The notes under the pieces were generated by a model, which worked only from the letters and a program-made list of their open reading frames with translations, was not told the DNA's origin and made no database searches. The position numbers and the translations under genes were made by a program. 58,680 nucleotides of DNA from an uncultured Bacilli bacterium (GTDB lineage Bacteria; Bacillota_I; Bacilli_A; RF39; UBA660): positions 1 to 58,680 of the forward strand of contig CAKOMC010000002.1 of NCBI GenBank assembly GCA_934096535.1. The letters are read 5' to 3'. Below, piece after piece: positions 25,826 through 35,656 of this stretch. Numbering within the stretch: the stretch's first letter is position 1; every line of letters begins with the position of its first letter.

Positions 25826-26490
25826 ATAATGAACTTATAGTAGCTAATAATCCTAAAAGTGGTGTAGCTGAGGCTATTAAAACTATTCGTACCAACCTTT
25901 TGTTCTCTTCAATTGATGAACCCGTAAAATCAATATTGATGACGAGTTCAATGAGTGGTGAGGGCAAATCATTCGTTAGTGCGAATCTGGCTGTTGCTTT
26001 TGCTCAAACCGGCGTTAAAGTATTAATTGTTGATTGCGACCTACGCCGTGGTAGACAACATAAAATCTTTAATATTGATAATGAACAAGGCTTATCAAAT
26101 CTACTTTTAGATGATGTAGATAAAAATTATAAAAAATATATTAAGAAAACTAGATATGAAAATATTTATGTTTTACCAATGGGTATTGTGCCACCAAATC
26201 CAAGCGAACTTTTAGCATCAGCTAAAAATAAACAATTAGCTAAGACATTAAAGCAAAAGTTTGACTTAGTTATTTATGATGGTGTACCAGTTGGGGGCTT
26301 AACAGATTCTGTTATTATGGCTGACTTAGTTGATAAGATAGTTATCGTATCAGCATATAAAGTAACACCAGTAGAATTCTTAGCCAATACCAATAAAGCT
26401 TTAGAAAAATTTAAGGATAAAATAGCGGGAGTAATTTTAAATAAGTTCCCATCTTCAAAAGATCATTACTATAGTAAATATTATAGTTAA
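25822..26490 (+). CDS. cpsD: BY-kinase (CpsD/CapB/YwqD-type protein tyrosine kinase)
   Basis: Walker A SSMSGEGKS, A' VLIVDCDLRR, Walker B DLVIYDGVP, and a C-terminal Tyr cluster DHYYSKYYS. Confidence 0.92.
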   Translation: MNNELIVANNPKSGVAEAIKTIRTNLLFSSIDEPVKSILMTSSMSGEGKSFVSANLAVAFAQTGVKVLIVDCDLRRGRQHKIFNIDNEQGLSNLLLDDVDKNYKKYIKKTRYENIYVLPMGIVPPNPSELLASAKNKQLAKTLKQKFDLVIYDGVPVGGLTDSVIMADLVDKIVIVSAYKVTPVEFLANTNKALEKFKDKIAGVILNKFPSSKDHYYSKYYS

Positions 26491-26513
26491 GACTAGTTAG
26501 GAGTAGTAGAAAT

Positions 26514-27287
26514 ATGATTGATTTACATAGTCATATCCTACCTAATATTGATGATGGCTCTAAATCCTTAGAAGAATCAATTGCTATAATTAAACAAGCC
26601 GTTTCTAATGGAGTAACTGATATCATTGTTACTCCTCATTTCATATTAGGCAGTAGTTATAATAAAGAAAAAAACGCTAATAAAACGCTATTAGCTGATT
26701 TAAAAACAAGAGTAGAAGCTGAAAGTTTAAGTATCAATTTACATCTTGGCAATGAAATATTTGTTGATATTGAGATGGTAAGTTTACTTAAGAAAAAGAA
26801 AATAGCGTCCTTAAATGATAGCAGGTATGTACTCTTTGAATTACCTATGAATAATGAATATAAAAATATTATAAAGACGCTGTTTGATTTACAAAGTGCT
26901 GGGTATATTCCTATTATTGCTCATCCTGAACGCTACCGAATTGTTAAAGAAAATCCACAAGTAATAGAAAAGTGGCAGGAGGCGGGAGCTGTATTTCAAA
27001 GTAATATTGGTTCTTTATTTGGACGGTATGGTAAAGAAGCAAAGAGCACTCTTATAACTTTACTTAAACATGCGGCCATCAGCTTCATAGCTAGTGATAT
27101 TCATCATAGTCGTGATACTTTCTATGAGGATATTCCTAAATTAAAGAAAATGCTAAAAAAAATAGTTAAAGAAGACTATATCGAAGAATTATTTGAACTT
27201 AATGGGAAAAAAGTTTTAAATAACGAAAAAATAGAGGTAAGAGAAATAATACCTTTCAAAAAAAATATATTCGGACAATATAAATAA
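26514..27287 (+). CDS. cpsB: PHP-family protein tyrosine phosphatase (CpsB/YwqE-like)
   Basis: MIDLHSHILPNIDDGS, plus PHF and AHPERY motifs. Confidence 0.9.
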   Translation: MIDLHSHILPNIDDGSKSLEESIAIIKQAVSNGVTDIIVTPHFILGSSYNKEKNANKTLLADLKTRVEAESLSINLHLGNEIFVDIEMVSLLKKKKIASLNDSRYVLFELPMNNEYKNIIKTLFDLQSAGYIPIIAHPERYRIVKENPQVIEKWQEAGAVFQSNIGSLFGRYGKEAKSTLITLLKHAAISFIASDIHHSRDTFYEDIPKLKKMLKKIVKEDYIEELFELNGKKVLNNEKIEVREIIPFKKNIFGQYK

Positions 27288-27331
27288 GCCTCAATCGGGG
27301 CTTATTTAAAACTACAGAAAGACTGATAATA

Positions 27332-28276
27332 ATGAACTCGAAAATAAATGCTTGTGTATTAGGTTTTGCTATTGGTGAAGCCTTTGGCTTACCCCTTAAT
27401 TATATAGCAAAAGAACAGTTGATAAATAAACCTGTAACTAAAATGCTAAAATGTGAAAATTACGATGTTCCCATTGGCACTTGGAGTAGTGGTACTTCTA
27501 ATTTGTTAGCAACTATGGATTCTATAATTACTAAAACCAGAATTGATTATAATTCCATTGCTGATAATTTGCTTCTTTGGTATAAAACGGCTAAATATAC
27601 TGCCACCGCCAGTGTTTTAGATATTGATTTTACTAGTAAGCATGCTTTAAATAAATATTTTGAAGAAAAAACCGATGCTACCAAATTAGGCGGTACTGGG
27701 TACAGCGATTGTGGTAATGAATTTTTACCCCGTTTGTTACCAATTGCTTTTTATCTTTATTGTACTAAAGCTCGTGATTATACTATTCATTCGGTAGTAA
27801 AAAATGTAACCTTTATAACTCATCGTAGTGAAATTCCTGCTATGGCGGCTTATATTTTTACTAAGTACATTATTTTCTTACTTAGAGGAACAGATAAATT
27901 AGCAAGCTTTAGCATGTTAAAGAATCTTGATTATACGATGTATTTTAAATCCGAAACAATAAAAGAATTTGAACATCTTCTAAAAGATAATGTTTATAAC
28001 TTACCACTTGAAATGATTAATTCCAATAATTATGTTATTGATACTTTAGAAGCCTTCTTTTATTGCTTTATAAATTCTAATTCCTTTAGTCAAGCTCTAA
28101 TTGGTTCTGTAAATCTAGGCGGACAAGCTTCGATGCTTGGTGGGCTATGTTCAAGTGTAGCGGCAATCTATTATGGTTATGAAACTATTCCGACTAATTT
28201 AATTGAAAACTTAAATAAAAAAGAATACTTAATGAAAATGATAAGCGACTATGAAGATATTTTAAATATTATTTAA
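27332..28276 (+). CDS. ADP-ribosylglycohydrolase family protein
   Basis: N-terminal GFAIGEAFGLPLNY matches the G-x-x-x-G-D/E-A-x-G-x-P pattern. The C-terminal GGQASMLGGLCSSVAAIYYG segment is typical of the family. Confidence 0.7.
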   Translation: MNSKINACVLGFAIGEAFGLPLNYIAKEQLINKPVTKMLKCENYDVPIGTWSSGTSNLLATMDSIITKTRIDYNSIADNLLLWYKTAKYTATASVLDIDFTSKHALNKYFEEKTDATKLGGTGYSDCGNEFLPRLLPIAFYLYCTKARDYTIHSVVKNVTFITHRSEIPAMAAYIFTKYIIFLLRGTDKLASFSMLKNLDYTMYFKSETIKEFEHLLKDNVYNLPLEMINSNNYVIDTLEAFFYCFINSNSFSQALIGSVNLGGQASMLGGLCSSVAAIYYGYETIPTNLIENLNKKEYLMKMISDYEDILNII

Positions 28277-28330
28277 TATCCAAGAAATAATAGGCTTAAA
28301 AAATATTTTGCAAAAATTTTAAAAAAGCAC

Positions 28331-28359
28331 TTTACAAATAGTAAAAAGAATGGTATGAT
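28331..28359 (+). promoter_or_regulatory. Promoter of an orphan ~290-nt transcription unit
   Basis: TTTACA at 28331-28336, a 17-nt spacer ending in TG(G), then TATGAT at 28354-28359. Confidence 0.45.
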
Positions 28360-28365
28360 TAAATC

Positions 28366-28658
28366 ACTTAATAGTAGAGAAAGTACTGCTGTTATTAGTA
28401 AGAAAGATTCTTACTTTATTAATAATAAATGTTATATTTATTTAATGATTTTTTTAAAACCCTTTGATGGTTTAACAGTACTAAACTCGTTTATCAATCT
28501 ATTAAGTATATGCTGCATATGTGGAATATTGATAAAAATATATGACTTTTATCTGTCAATATGAGTTATATATTAGGAAATCCACAACAAAGTTAATATG
28601 TTTGACAGACATGTTACTTTCCTAAAAAACTATTAGAGTAAAATCTAATGGTTTTTTT
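28366..28658 (+). other. Orphan promoter-to-terminator unit (candidate sRNA, cis-regulatory leader or small hydrophobic peptide gene)
   Basis: Hairpin agtaag/cttact at 28408-28426. Interleaved 8-nt complements tctgtcaa (28552-28559)/ttgacaga (28602-28609) and ttaggaaa (28573-28580)/tttcctaa (28618-28625). Terminator hairpin 28630-28637/28644-28651 plus T7 at 28652-28658. Confidence 0.35.
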
Positions 28659-28722
28659 CTTTCCTTTTTAACCTTATCATGCTACAATACTTAAAGACAA
28701 CAATGGTTAGGGATGTAGTAGT

Positions 28723-29523
28723 ATGCAGAGTAAAAGCTTTTTAGATTATCTTTCTAAAATAAAAGATGATGACATTTTAAAATATATAAATAGTAAAGTT
28801 AAGTATTATCAAAACTTTTATAAACTAAATAAGTCTTTAGGACTCCTAACTCCTACTAAATATTCCTTACCATATTATGGCTTTATTACTAGTAATATTA
28901 AAATAAGATATAACTTAGAAAATGATTACTATAAAATAAGAAATACCAATTATCTTTATGAATTTCTTAAATATTTACAAGAAAATAAAATATATAATAA
29001 TAACGAGGCTATATTAGCTATTCCTTTGTTTTTAGAAAACTATTTTGGGAGGAAAACTAGTAGATTAAAAAGAAGAGAAGATATTTTAAAAATAGAAAGT
29101 GATAGTAGAATTTATTTAAGGGATATTGAAAATCTAAAAAATGCTAATGTAGCAACTTCTTTAGAATATAGTTTGTTTGCACAAAATATCTTAACATTCT
29201 TAGGATATGATGCTATTTTATTGATAGGTTCTTTTAAAAGAAAAAGTATTAACGATTTTTATAGTTTTAACATCATTATGATTGATAATAATTATTACTT
29301 ATTTGATTTTTATAATCCAGTTAATGTTTATGATAAGAACGGTGAAGTTATAAATAAGCAGCCTTTTCAAGTAAAAATAAATAACTCGGATATTGATCTT
29401 TTCTTACAAGGGTTAAAACCTTTAGTTTTAAAAGAGTATAAAAGAATAATGACTAATCATTTGTATCAACAAGTAAGTATTGATACTAACCGTACGTATA
29501 ATTTAAATGAAATTTATGAATGA
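28723..29523 (+). CDS. Hypothetical protein, 266 aa
   Basis: It has its own extended -10 (TGCTACAAT at 28680-28688). The segment ATSLEYSLFAQNILTFLGYDAILLIGSF...FNIIMIDNNYYLFDFYNP loosely resembles a transglutaminase-like core but lacks the catalytic Cys and His. This is pattern recall only. Confidence 0.5.
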   Translation: MQSKSFLDYLSKIKDDDILKYINSKVKYYQNFYKLNKSLGLLTPTKYSLPYYGFITSNIKIRYNLENDYYKIRNTNYLYEFLKYLQENKIYNNNEAILAIPLFLENYFGRKTSRLKRREDILKIESDSRIYLRDIENLKNANVATSLEYSLFAQNILTFLGYDAILLIGSFKRKSINDFYSFNIIMIDNNYYLFDFYNPVNVYDKNGEVINKQPFQVKINNSDIDLFLQGLKPLVLKEYKRIMTNHLYQQVSIDTNRTYNLNEIYE

Positions 29524-29631
29524 TCAACTAATAATCATTTAAGAATAGACTAAATGTAAGTTTTTTACTTAAATTAAGGATAATTAGTTGTTTTTTTTGC
29601 ATTCTTTTCCTATAATGAGTATGGTGATTAT

Positions 29632-30561
29632 GTGAAAGATTTATGCGTTGTATTCATGGGAACTCCTGATTTTGCGGTTCCTGTTTTAGAAAAATTAATA
29701 GAAAAGACGAAGGTGTGTTTAGTTGTAACCCAACCTGATAAAGAGATTGGCCGTCATAAAATACTTACGCCCACGCCAATAAAAAAAGTCGCTTTAGAAA
29801 ATAATATTCCCGTTTTTCAACCAAGCAAAATAAGAAATGATTATGAACCTATTGTTGCGATTAAACCAGATATTATTATAACCTGTGCTTATGGTCAGAT
29901 AATTCCTAAAGTCCTTTTAGACTTACCAAGATTAGGATGTATTAATGTCCATGCTTCTTTACTTCCTTACCTTAGAGGGGGAGCTCCTTTGCATCATGCG
30001 ATAATTGATGGTTATAAAAAAACAGGTGTTACTATTATGTATATGGATGAAGCTATGGATACGGGGGATATTATTAGTAACGCTACTTATGAAATTAAAG
30101 ATACAGATAATGTTGGTATTATTCATGATAATTTAAGCAAAATGGGAGCTCTTCTTTTAATGCAGACCCTACCAAGTATTATTGATGGCACTAATAAGAG
30201 AATAAAACAAGATAATGCTAAAGCAACATATGCATATAATATATCAAGAAGCGATGAACACCTAGACTTTACCCAAGAAGGAATAATAATTGACCGTAAG
30301 GTGCGAGGTCTAAATCCTTGGCCTCTTGCAAATACATGTTTTGATGATGAGGAAATTAAAATAATCAGTGGTTACTTTGTGGAAGGTAAAAGTAAACCTA
30401 ATACCATTAATATTGTAACTAAAGATTCTTTAGGAATTGGGTGTCGTAATGGTATATATTATGTAACTTCAATTAAACCAAGTGGTAAAAAAATAATGGA
30501 TATTAAATCATATTTAAACGGAATCGATAAAGATAAGCTATTAGCAAAGAAAATTAGCTAG
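29632..30561 (+). CDS. fmt: Methionyl-tRNA formyltransferase
   Basis: VVFMGTPDFAVPVLEKL, HASLLPYLRGGAPLHHAI, and a C-terminal Fmt domain. GTG start. Confidence 0.92.
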   Translation: MKDLCVVFMGTPDFAVPVLEKLIEKTKVCLVVTQPDKEIGRHKILTPTPIKKVALENNIPVFQPSKIRNDYEPIVAIKPDIIITCAYGQIIPKVLLDLPRLGCINVHASLLPYLRGGAPLHHAIIDGYKKTGVTIMYMDEAMDTGDIISNATYEIKDTDNVGIIHDNLSKMGALLLMQTLPSIIDGTNKRIKQDNAKATYAYNISRSDEHLDFTQEGIIIDRKVRGLNPWPLANTCFDDEEIKIISGYFVEGKSKPNTINIVTKDSLGIGCRNGIYYVTSIKPSGKKIMDIKSYLNGIDKDKLLAKKIS

Positions 30562-30643
30562 TAAAAATATAATCTCAAAAGACAAAATAAAGTGTTTTTA
30601 AGGTTATAAAAGTTATAATAAATTAAAATGGGTGGTTTGGGAA

Positions 30644-31438
30644 ATGTTTAAAAAGAAAATTGAAGATAATAAAGAAAAAATAAATCTTGATGATAAGTTA
30701 CAAAAGAAAATTTTGGTGAACATGATAACCTCTTTAAGAGGAGTAGGTGGTATTTTATTGGTACCCATCTTTACTATTTATGGTAGTATTCCGGCTTCTA
30801 TCTGGTTTGTTTTATTTATGGCAACCGATTGGATAGATGGTTATCTTGCTCGTAAATATGAAGTGTCTAGTTTCTTTGGGGCTTTACTTGATGGTATGTT
30901 TGATAAATTATTTGGCATTATATCCTTTTTACTCTTAGCAAGCATTAGTCCTAGCTATACGATACCTTTGTTATTTGAAGCCGGAATCTTGAGTTATGGC
31001 CTTTATAGTGCTTCTAAGGGTAACAATATTAAATCAAGTTTAATTGGTAAAACTAAAATGTGGTTTTTAGCAGCTTCTGCTTTTCTTGGATTTTTAAATA
31101 CTGATTATTTAGCTTTAGAAAATTTTTTAACAACTCTTAACCTAACCGCTGTACCCTTAGATAATCTTGTAAAATTAGAAAAGGTTACCAGTACAGCTTT
31201 AGTAGGCATGGAAGCATTAAGTCTAACTAGTTATGTGGTTAAAGATAAACTTCAGGATAATATTAAATCCGTTAAAGTACCGCTTAAAGTTAAAGATATT
31301 AAAGATGTAATTATAAGTAGAGATGAAGAAACTAAAAACGAAGTAAAAATGCGTCTTTTTGATACCAATTATTATGAAGAAAATAAGAATAAACCATTAA
31401 GTTTACTTCTTAATTTAAAAAAACACGAAAATATCTAA
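30644..31438 (+). CDS. CDP-alcohol phosphatidyltransferase family membrane protein
   Basis: DWIDGYLARKYEVSSFFGALLDGMFDKL matches D-x2-DG-x2-AR-x8-G-x3-D-x3-D. ATG 30644 follows GGGTGG. Confidence 0.85.
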   Translation: MFKKKIEDNKEKINLDDKLQKKILVNMITSLRGVGGILLVPIFTIYGSIPASIWFVLFMATDWIDGYLARKYEVSSFFGALLDGMFDKLFGIISFLLLASISPSYTIPLLFEAGILSYGLYSASKGNNIKSSLIGKTKMWFLAASAFLGFLNTDYLALENFLTTLNLTAVPLDNLVKLEKVTSTALVGMEALSLTSYVVKDKLQDNIKSVKVPLKVKDIKDVIISRDEETKNEVKMRLFDTNYYEENKNKPLSLLLNLKKHENI

Positions 31439-31490
31439 AAAATAAAATGAATTATAAATAATTAAGATATAAAGACAAGGAATTAAAATT

Positions 31491-32336
31491 ATGATAGGAA
31501 TGGTAATAGTAAATTATAACGATTATAGGACAACTAAAAGACTACTTGATAATGTTAAAAATTATAAAATATTAAAAGAGATTGTCGTTGTTGATAATAA
31601 AAGTACGGATGATTCATTAGAAAACTTGCAAAAATTAAAAAACAAAAAAATAACTATTATTGATAGTGGAGAAAATAAGGGCTATAGCTATGCTTTAAAT
31701 GTGGGTTGTAAATACTTAATTGCTAAATATAAAGAGTTAAATATTGTAATTTCTAATAGTGATATCCTTATAGATAGTGAGACTGATATAAAAGACTTAA
31801 ATAGTTATATCAGTACTAAAAATGTTATAGTAGGTCCCACTATAATTCAAGGTAATGATTTAAATAGAGGCTTTAAAATACCAACCCCATGGCAAGATAT
31901 TAAACAAAATATTGTCTTTTTTGGTAAAAAAGTTTTAACTAAGGAGCTTAATTATCCTGATAACTATTACTATAAAGATATTAGTAAAGTTGATACTGTA
32001 TCTGGTTGTTTCTTTATGATAGCCAGTAAACATTTAGAAGAAATGGGTTATTTTGATGAAAATGTGTTTTTATATTATGAAGAAAATATAATGGGAGTAA
32101 AGACTAAAAAATTAAAGAAAAATATTATTGTTTGTAATAATGTGGATGTTATTCATGATCATTCAGTTTCTATTGATAAGAGTTTAAAAAGAATTAAGAA
32201 ATATGATATCTTAAAAACTAGTCAGGAATACTTTGAAAAAACTTATAATCATGCTAATAAACTAGAATTATTCTTTTTAAAAGTTTTTAGATATTTAACT
32301 AGAGTATTATTGTTAATTAAATATATGATTGATTAG
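31491..32336 (+). CDS. Glycosyltransferase family 2
   Basis: VIVNYNDY...VVVDNKSTDDS and a GCFFMI segment. Confidence 0.85.
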   Translation: MIGMVIVNYNDYRTTKRLLDNVKNYKILKEIVVVDNKSTDDSLENLQKLKNKKITIIDSGENKGYSYALNVGCKYLIAKYKELNIVISNSDILIDSETDIKDLNSYISTKNVIVGPTIIQGNDLNRGFKIPTPWQDIKQNIVFFGKKVLTKELNYPDNYYYKDISKVDTVSGCFFMIASKHLEEMGYFDENVFLYYEENIMGVKTKKLKKNIIVCNNVDVIHDHSVSIDKSLKRIKKYDILKTSQEYFEKTYNHANKLELFFLKVFRYLTRVLLLIKYMID

Positions 32337-32358
32337 GATTAGAAGTTCTAATCTTTTT
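32337..32358 (+). terminator. Terminator after the GT2 gene
   Basis: gattagaa (32337-32344) pairs with ttctaatc (32346-32353), followed by T5. Confidence 0.5.
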
Positions 32359-32454
32359 ACTATGGGTAAACATAAAGAATACTTTGCGCTATTCAATAAA
32401 TTTTAATTTGTATAAGGATATTGTGTTATAATATGAACTGAGGTGAGGATATTT

Positions 32455-33867
32455 ATGAATTTAGCCATAGTTATTGGAATATCAAAATATAATAATCAGC
32501 GAAATTTGCCAGCTTGTAAAAATGATGCTGATTACTTTTTTAATATACTAAATTTATCCCAAAAATATAGTGATATTTTATATATATACGAAAATACAGA
32601 TTCTGATTCTATAATGAATAAAATAGAGGAGTACATAAAAAAGTATTCAAGTGAAAAAATAAACGAGGTATTATTATATTTTTCTGGGCATGGATATTAT
32701 AATGAAGAGGAATTTTATTTTTGTACTTCAAATATTGATGTTTCAATGATTAATTCTACAAGCATTATTAACAGCCAGATTGATATGCTGATAAGAGGAT
32801 TGTCCCCAGAAGTGTATGTTAAAATAATTGATGCCTGTGAATCTGGAAGCTCATATATCAAAAATATTAATGATAGGAAAAATATTTTTGAAAAGAATAA
32901 AAATGAATTTAAAACATGTTATTTTCTTTCTTCATCAGAATGTAATCAAAGTTCTTATGCTAATGAATTTATTAGCAATTTTACTAAATCAGTTCTTGAA
33001 ATTATAAAGAAATATATAACTATTGATGGAATAGACGATGTTAAGTATAGGCACATTTTAAATGCGTTATCTGACGAATATGAATTTAATGATAGCCAAA
33101 AACCATTTTTTGTTATGCAAGGCAATTTATCTGATATTTTTGTCAGCAAAAATGATGAATTAAATAGCTTTTTACAAAATATGGATTTTTCAAATCATAA
33201 TGAAATTGATGCTTGTGATTCTATGGAAAATGATGTTGAGGCTATGGATAAGTTGATTCCTACTCAATCTGCTGCTATTAATGTAAAAGATGAATTAGTA
33301 GCAAAAATATTAAGTAACTTAAAAGAAAATGCAAGTGAAATATTAGAAAAATATGCTTATAATGAAGAAATTATTAACATAACAGCTGATAATATTTTTA
33401 ACAAAGCAAAAATTGGAGAATGGTTGTCAGAAAATAAAAATAAATACTTTGTTTTCGCTGAGGAAAGGTATTCTAAAAAATATAATAACCCTTTTGATAG
33501 TTTAAACGAAATTTTTAATCAAAGTAAAATTGAATATCAGGTATCGGGTTTCAAATTAAATGTTGATGAAAAAAATTCTGCTTATCAATTGGAGCTTAAA
33601 TCCCTGAATCATTTGCCCAAATATTGCTGTCAATTAGTAGTGATATATTCATTAACAAAAATTTATTTATTTTATTATTTTAACTATTCATATCCCCAAA
33701 ATTGGCAAGATTATTTGGATTATGTCGTGTCTGATAAAATTAATATAGCGACAGTCATTATAAATGACAAGCAAAGTCTAGATTCTGCTGTTAACGATGT
33801 ATATAAAAGCTTTCAATCGTATTGTGAAGAAAATCTAAAAAAGTATTTAGATATTTTATTAAAATAA
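32455..33867 (+). CDS. Caspase-like (peptidase C14) protease with an uncharacterised ~300-aa C-terminal region
   Basis: His-Cys dyad in LLYFSGHGYY and KIIDACESGS. N-terminal LAIVIGISKY...LPACKNDA. ATG 32455 follows GAGGTGAGGA, and an extended -10 TGTTATAAT lies at 32424-32432. Confidence 0.8.
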   Translation: MNLAIVIGISKYNNQRNLPACKNDADYFFNILNLSQKYSDILYIYENTDSDSIMNKIEEYIKKYSSEKINEVLLYFSGHGYYNEEEFYFCTSNIDVSMINSTSIINSQIDMLIRGLSPEVYVKIIDACESGSSYIKNINDRKNIFEKNKNEFKTCYFLSSSECNQSSYANEFISNFTKSVLEIIKKYITIDGIDDVKYRHILNALSDEYEFNDSQKPFFVMQGNLSDIFVSKNDELNSFLQNMDFSNHNEIDACDSMENDVEAMDKLIPTQSAAINVKDELVAKILSNLKENASEILEKYAYNEEIINITADNIFNKAKIGEWLSENKNKYFVFAEERYSKKYNNPFDSLNEIFNQSKIEYQVSGFKLNVDEKNSAYQLELKSLNHLPKYCCQLVVIYSLTKIYLFYYFNYSYPQNWQDYLDYVVSDKINIATVIINDKQSLDSAVNDVYKSFQSYCEENLKKYLDILLK

Positions 33868-34108
33868 TCTAAAAGATTAAAAAATCCGTTTTTTAATTAT
33901 AAAGTTTTTAATTAAAGATTAGGAGGCTTTAGTCTTTTTTGAATTTTACAAATAGTGAAGTGTAAAAATAATTAGATGATTTTAATTTAATTTTTCTTAA
34001 ATAAAGGTTTTTTAAATGGAAAATATATGGTAACATAGTAGATGGATACCAAAGGTAGCAAGTATTTAATATTACCAATTTGGTATAATAATTATAAGGA
34101 TGATGATA

Positions 34109-34852
34109 ATGAAAAATAAAAAGAATGATATAGCAATTGATGTTAATCATGTTACTAAGACTTTTAAGTTATATTCTGATAAGCCGCAAACCTTAAAAGA
34201 AAGGTTAGTAAGAGGTTGGAAGAATAAAACTGAGGAAAGAACAGTCTTAAAAGATATTAATATTGAAATTAATAAAGGAGAAACTGTTGCTTTAATTGGA
34301 GTTAATGGGAGTGGTAAATCAACCTTACTTAAATTAATGACTAAAATAATTTATCCTAATAAAGGAACTTTAAAAACTTATGGAAAATTAACTAGTCTTT
34401 TAGAGTTAGGAGCAGGTTTTCATCCGGATTTTACGGGTAGAGAAAATATTTATTTTAATGCGGCTATCTTTGGACTTACGAAAAAAGAAATAGATGATAG
34501 ATTAGAAAGTATTATTGAATTTAGTGAATTAGGGGACTTTATTGATAGTCCGGTACGCACTTATTCATCAGGGATGTATATGCGTCTAGCCTTTAGTGTG
34601 GCTATTAATGTTGATGCGGAGATTTTACTTATTGATGAGATTTTAGCCGTAGGAGACCAGCATTTTCAAGATAAATGCTTTGCTAAGTTAGAAGAACTAG
34701 CCAAGAGTAATATGACCATTGTTATCGTTAGTCATAGCTTAGATTCTATTAAAAAGTTATGTAACAGAGCTATCTGGATTAATAATGGTGAAGTTGCTAA
34801 AGATGGCAAGTGTCAAGATGTCATTAGTGAATATTTGAAAGTTTGCGGGTAG
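34109..34852 (+). CDS. ABC transporter ATP-binding protein (glycopolymer export, TagH/Wzt type)
   Basis: Walker A GVNGSGKST, signature YSSGMYMRLAF, Walker B ILLIDE. Confidence 0.9.
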   Translation: MKNKKNDIAIDVNHVTKTFKLYSDKPQTLKERLVRGWKNKTEERTVLKDINIEINKGETVALIGVNGSGKSTLLKLMTKIIYPNKGTLKTYGKLTSLLELGAGFHPDFTGRENIYFNAAIFGLTKKEIDDRLESIIEFSELGDFIDSPVRTYSSGMYMRLAFSVAINVDAEILLIDEILAVGDQHFQDKCFAKLEELAKSNMTIVIVSHSLDSIKKLCNRAIWINNGEVAKDGKCQDVISEYLKVCG

Positions 34853-34861
34853 GTGAAGAAT

Positions 34862-35638
34862 ATGAGTGTATTTAAAGAATTATATCAGTATCGAGAATTA
34901 TTAAAAACTAATGTTAAAAAAGATATAAGAGGTAAATATAAGGCATCATTTTTAGGAGTCTTGTGGTCATTTATAAATCCGTTATTACAAGTACTTGTAT
35001 ATGCTATTGTATTTCCTTATATTATGAAAGTACAAACAGAAAATTATTTAGTTTTCTTAATATGTGGGATTATTCCTTGGACTTGGTTTACTAGTAGTAT
35101 AGCTGGTGGTGCTGGTTGCATAACAAATAATTCAAATTTAATAAAAAAGGTATATTTTCCAAGAGAAATTTTACCTATTTCAGTCGTAACTTCTGGTATG
35201 ATTAACTTTTTAATTAGTTGTATCATTATTGCTATATTTGTTATTGGCGGAGGTTTAGATTTATCTTGGCATCTTATCTTTTTACCTTTGGTAGTATTAG
35301 TTCAGTATATAATTTCATTAGCTTTTGCTTTTATTGTATCAGCAGTAAATGTATATATAAGAGATACAGAATATGCAGTTGCATTTATTTTAAATTTAGC
35401 TTTCTATGCAACACCAGTGCTATACAGTTATGAAATATTTAATGGTTCGGCTTTGATTTGGTTGTTTAAATTAAATCCAATGGCTCATTTAATAAATGCT
35501 TACCGAGATATATTTTATGTTCATCAAATTCCAAATATCACTAACTTGTTTATTTGGCTTTTAATAGGAGTGATATTATTAACAATAAGTTATAAAATAT
35601 TTAAAAAACTAGAAAAAAGATTCGCTGAGGAAATGTAA
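34862..35638 (+). CDS. ABC-2 type permease (TagG/Wzm type)
   Basis: Six TM segments and an N-terminal DIRGKYKASFLGVLWSFINPLL motif. ATG 34862 follows AGGTGA. Confidence 0.88.
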   Translation: MSVFKELYQYRELLKTNVKKDIRGKYKASFLGVLWSFINPLLQVLVYAIVFPYIMKVQTENYLVFLICGIIPWTWFTSSIAGGAGCITNNSNLIKKVYFPREILPISVVTSGMINFLISCIIIAIFVIGGGLDLSWHLIFLPLVVLVQYIISLAFAFIVSAVNVYIRDTEYAVAFILNLAFYATPVLYSYEIFNGSALIWLFKLNPMAHLINAYRDIFYVHQIPNITNLFIWLLIGVILLTISYKIFKKLEKRFAEEM

Positions 35639-35656
35639 TTGAAGGAGTGTGTAGTT

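Noticed and set aside
27332-28276. The ADP-ribosylglycohydrolase as the antitoxin half of a DarTG-like or similar ADP-ribosylation toxin-antitoxin pair.
   Set aside because: No adjacent ADP-ribosyltransferase-like ORF exists. The neighbours are the CpsB phosphatase and the orphan RNA unit.
28355-28564. A 69-aa track ORF in the orphan transcription unit.
   Set aside because: Its ATG lies inside the predicted -10 element (TATGAT at 28354-28359), so it would not be on the transcript if that promoter is real. It has no Shine-Dalgarno sequence. I kept it only as an alternative explanation in the finding for 28331-28658.
28366-28658. Possible T-box or other known riboswitch, prompted by AGTAGAGAAAGTAC near the 5' end.
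   Set aside because: I could not find the T-box sequence (GGTGGTACCGCG-like) or an antiterminator arrangement. The downstream gene also has its own promoter. No other riboswitch consensus was recognisable by eye. An Infernal scan is needed.
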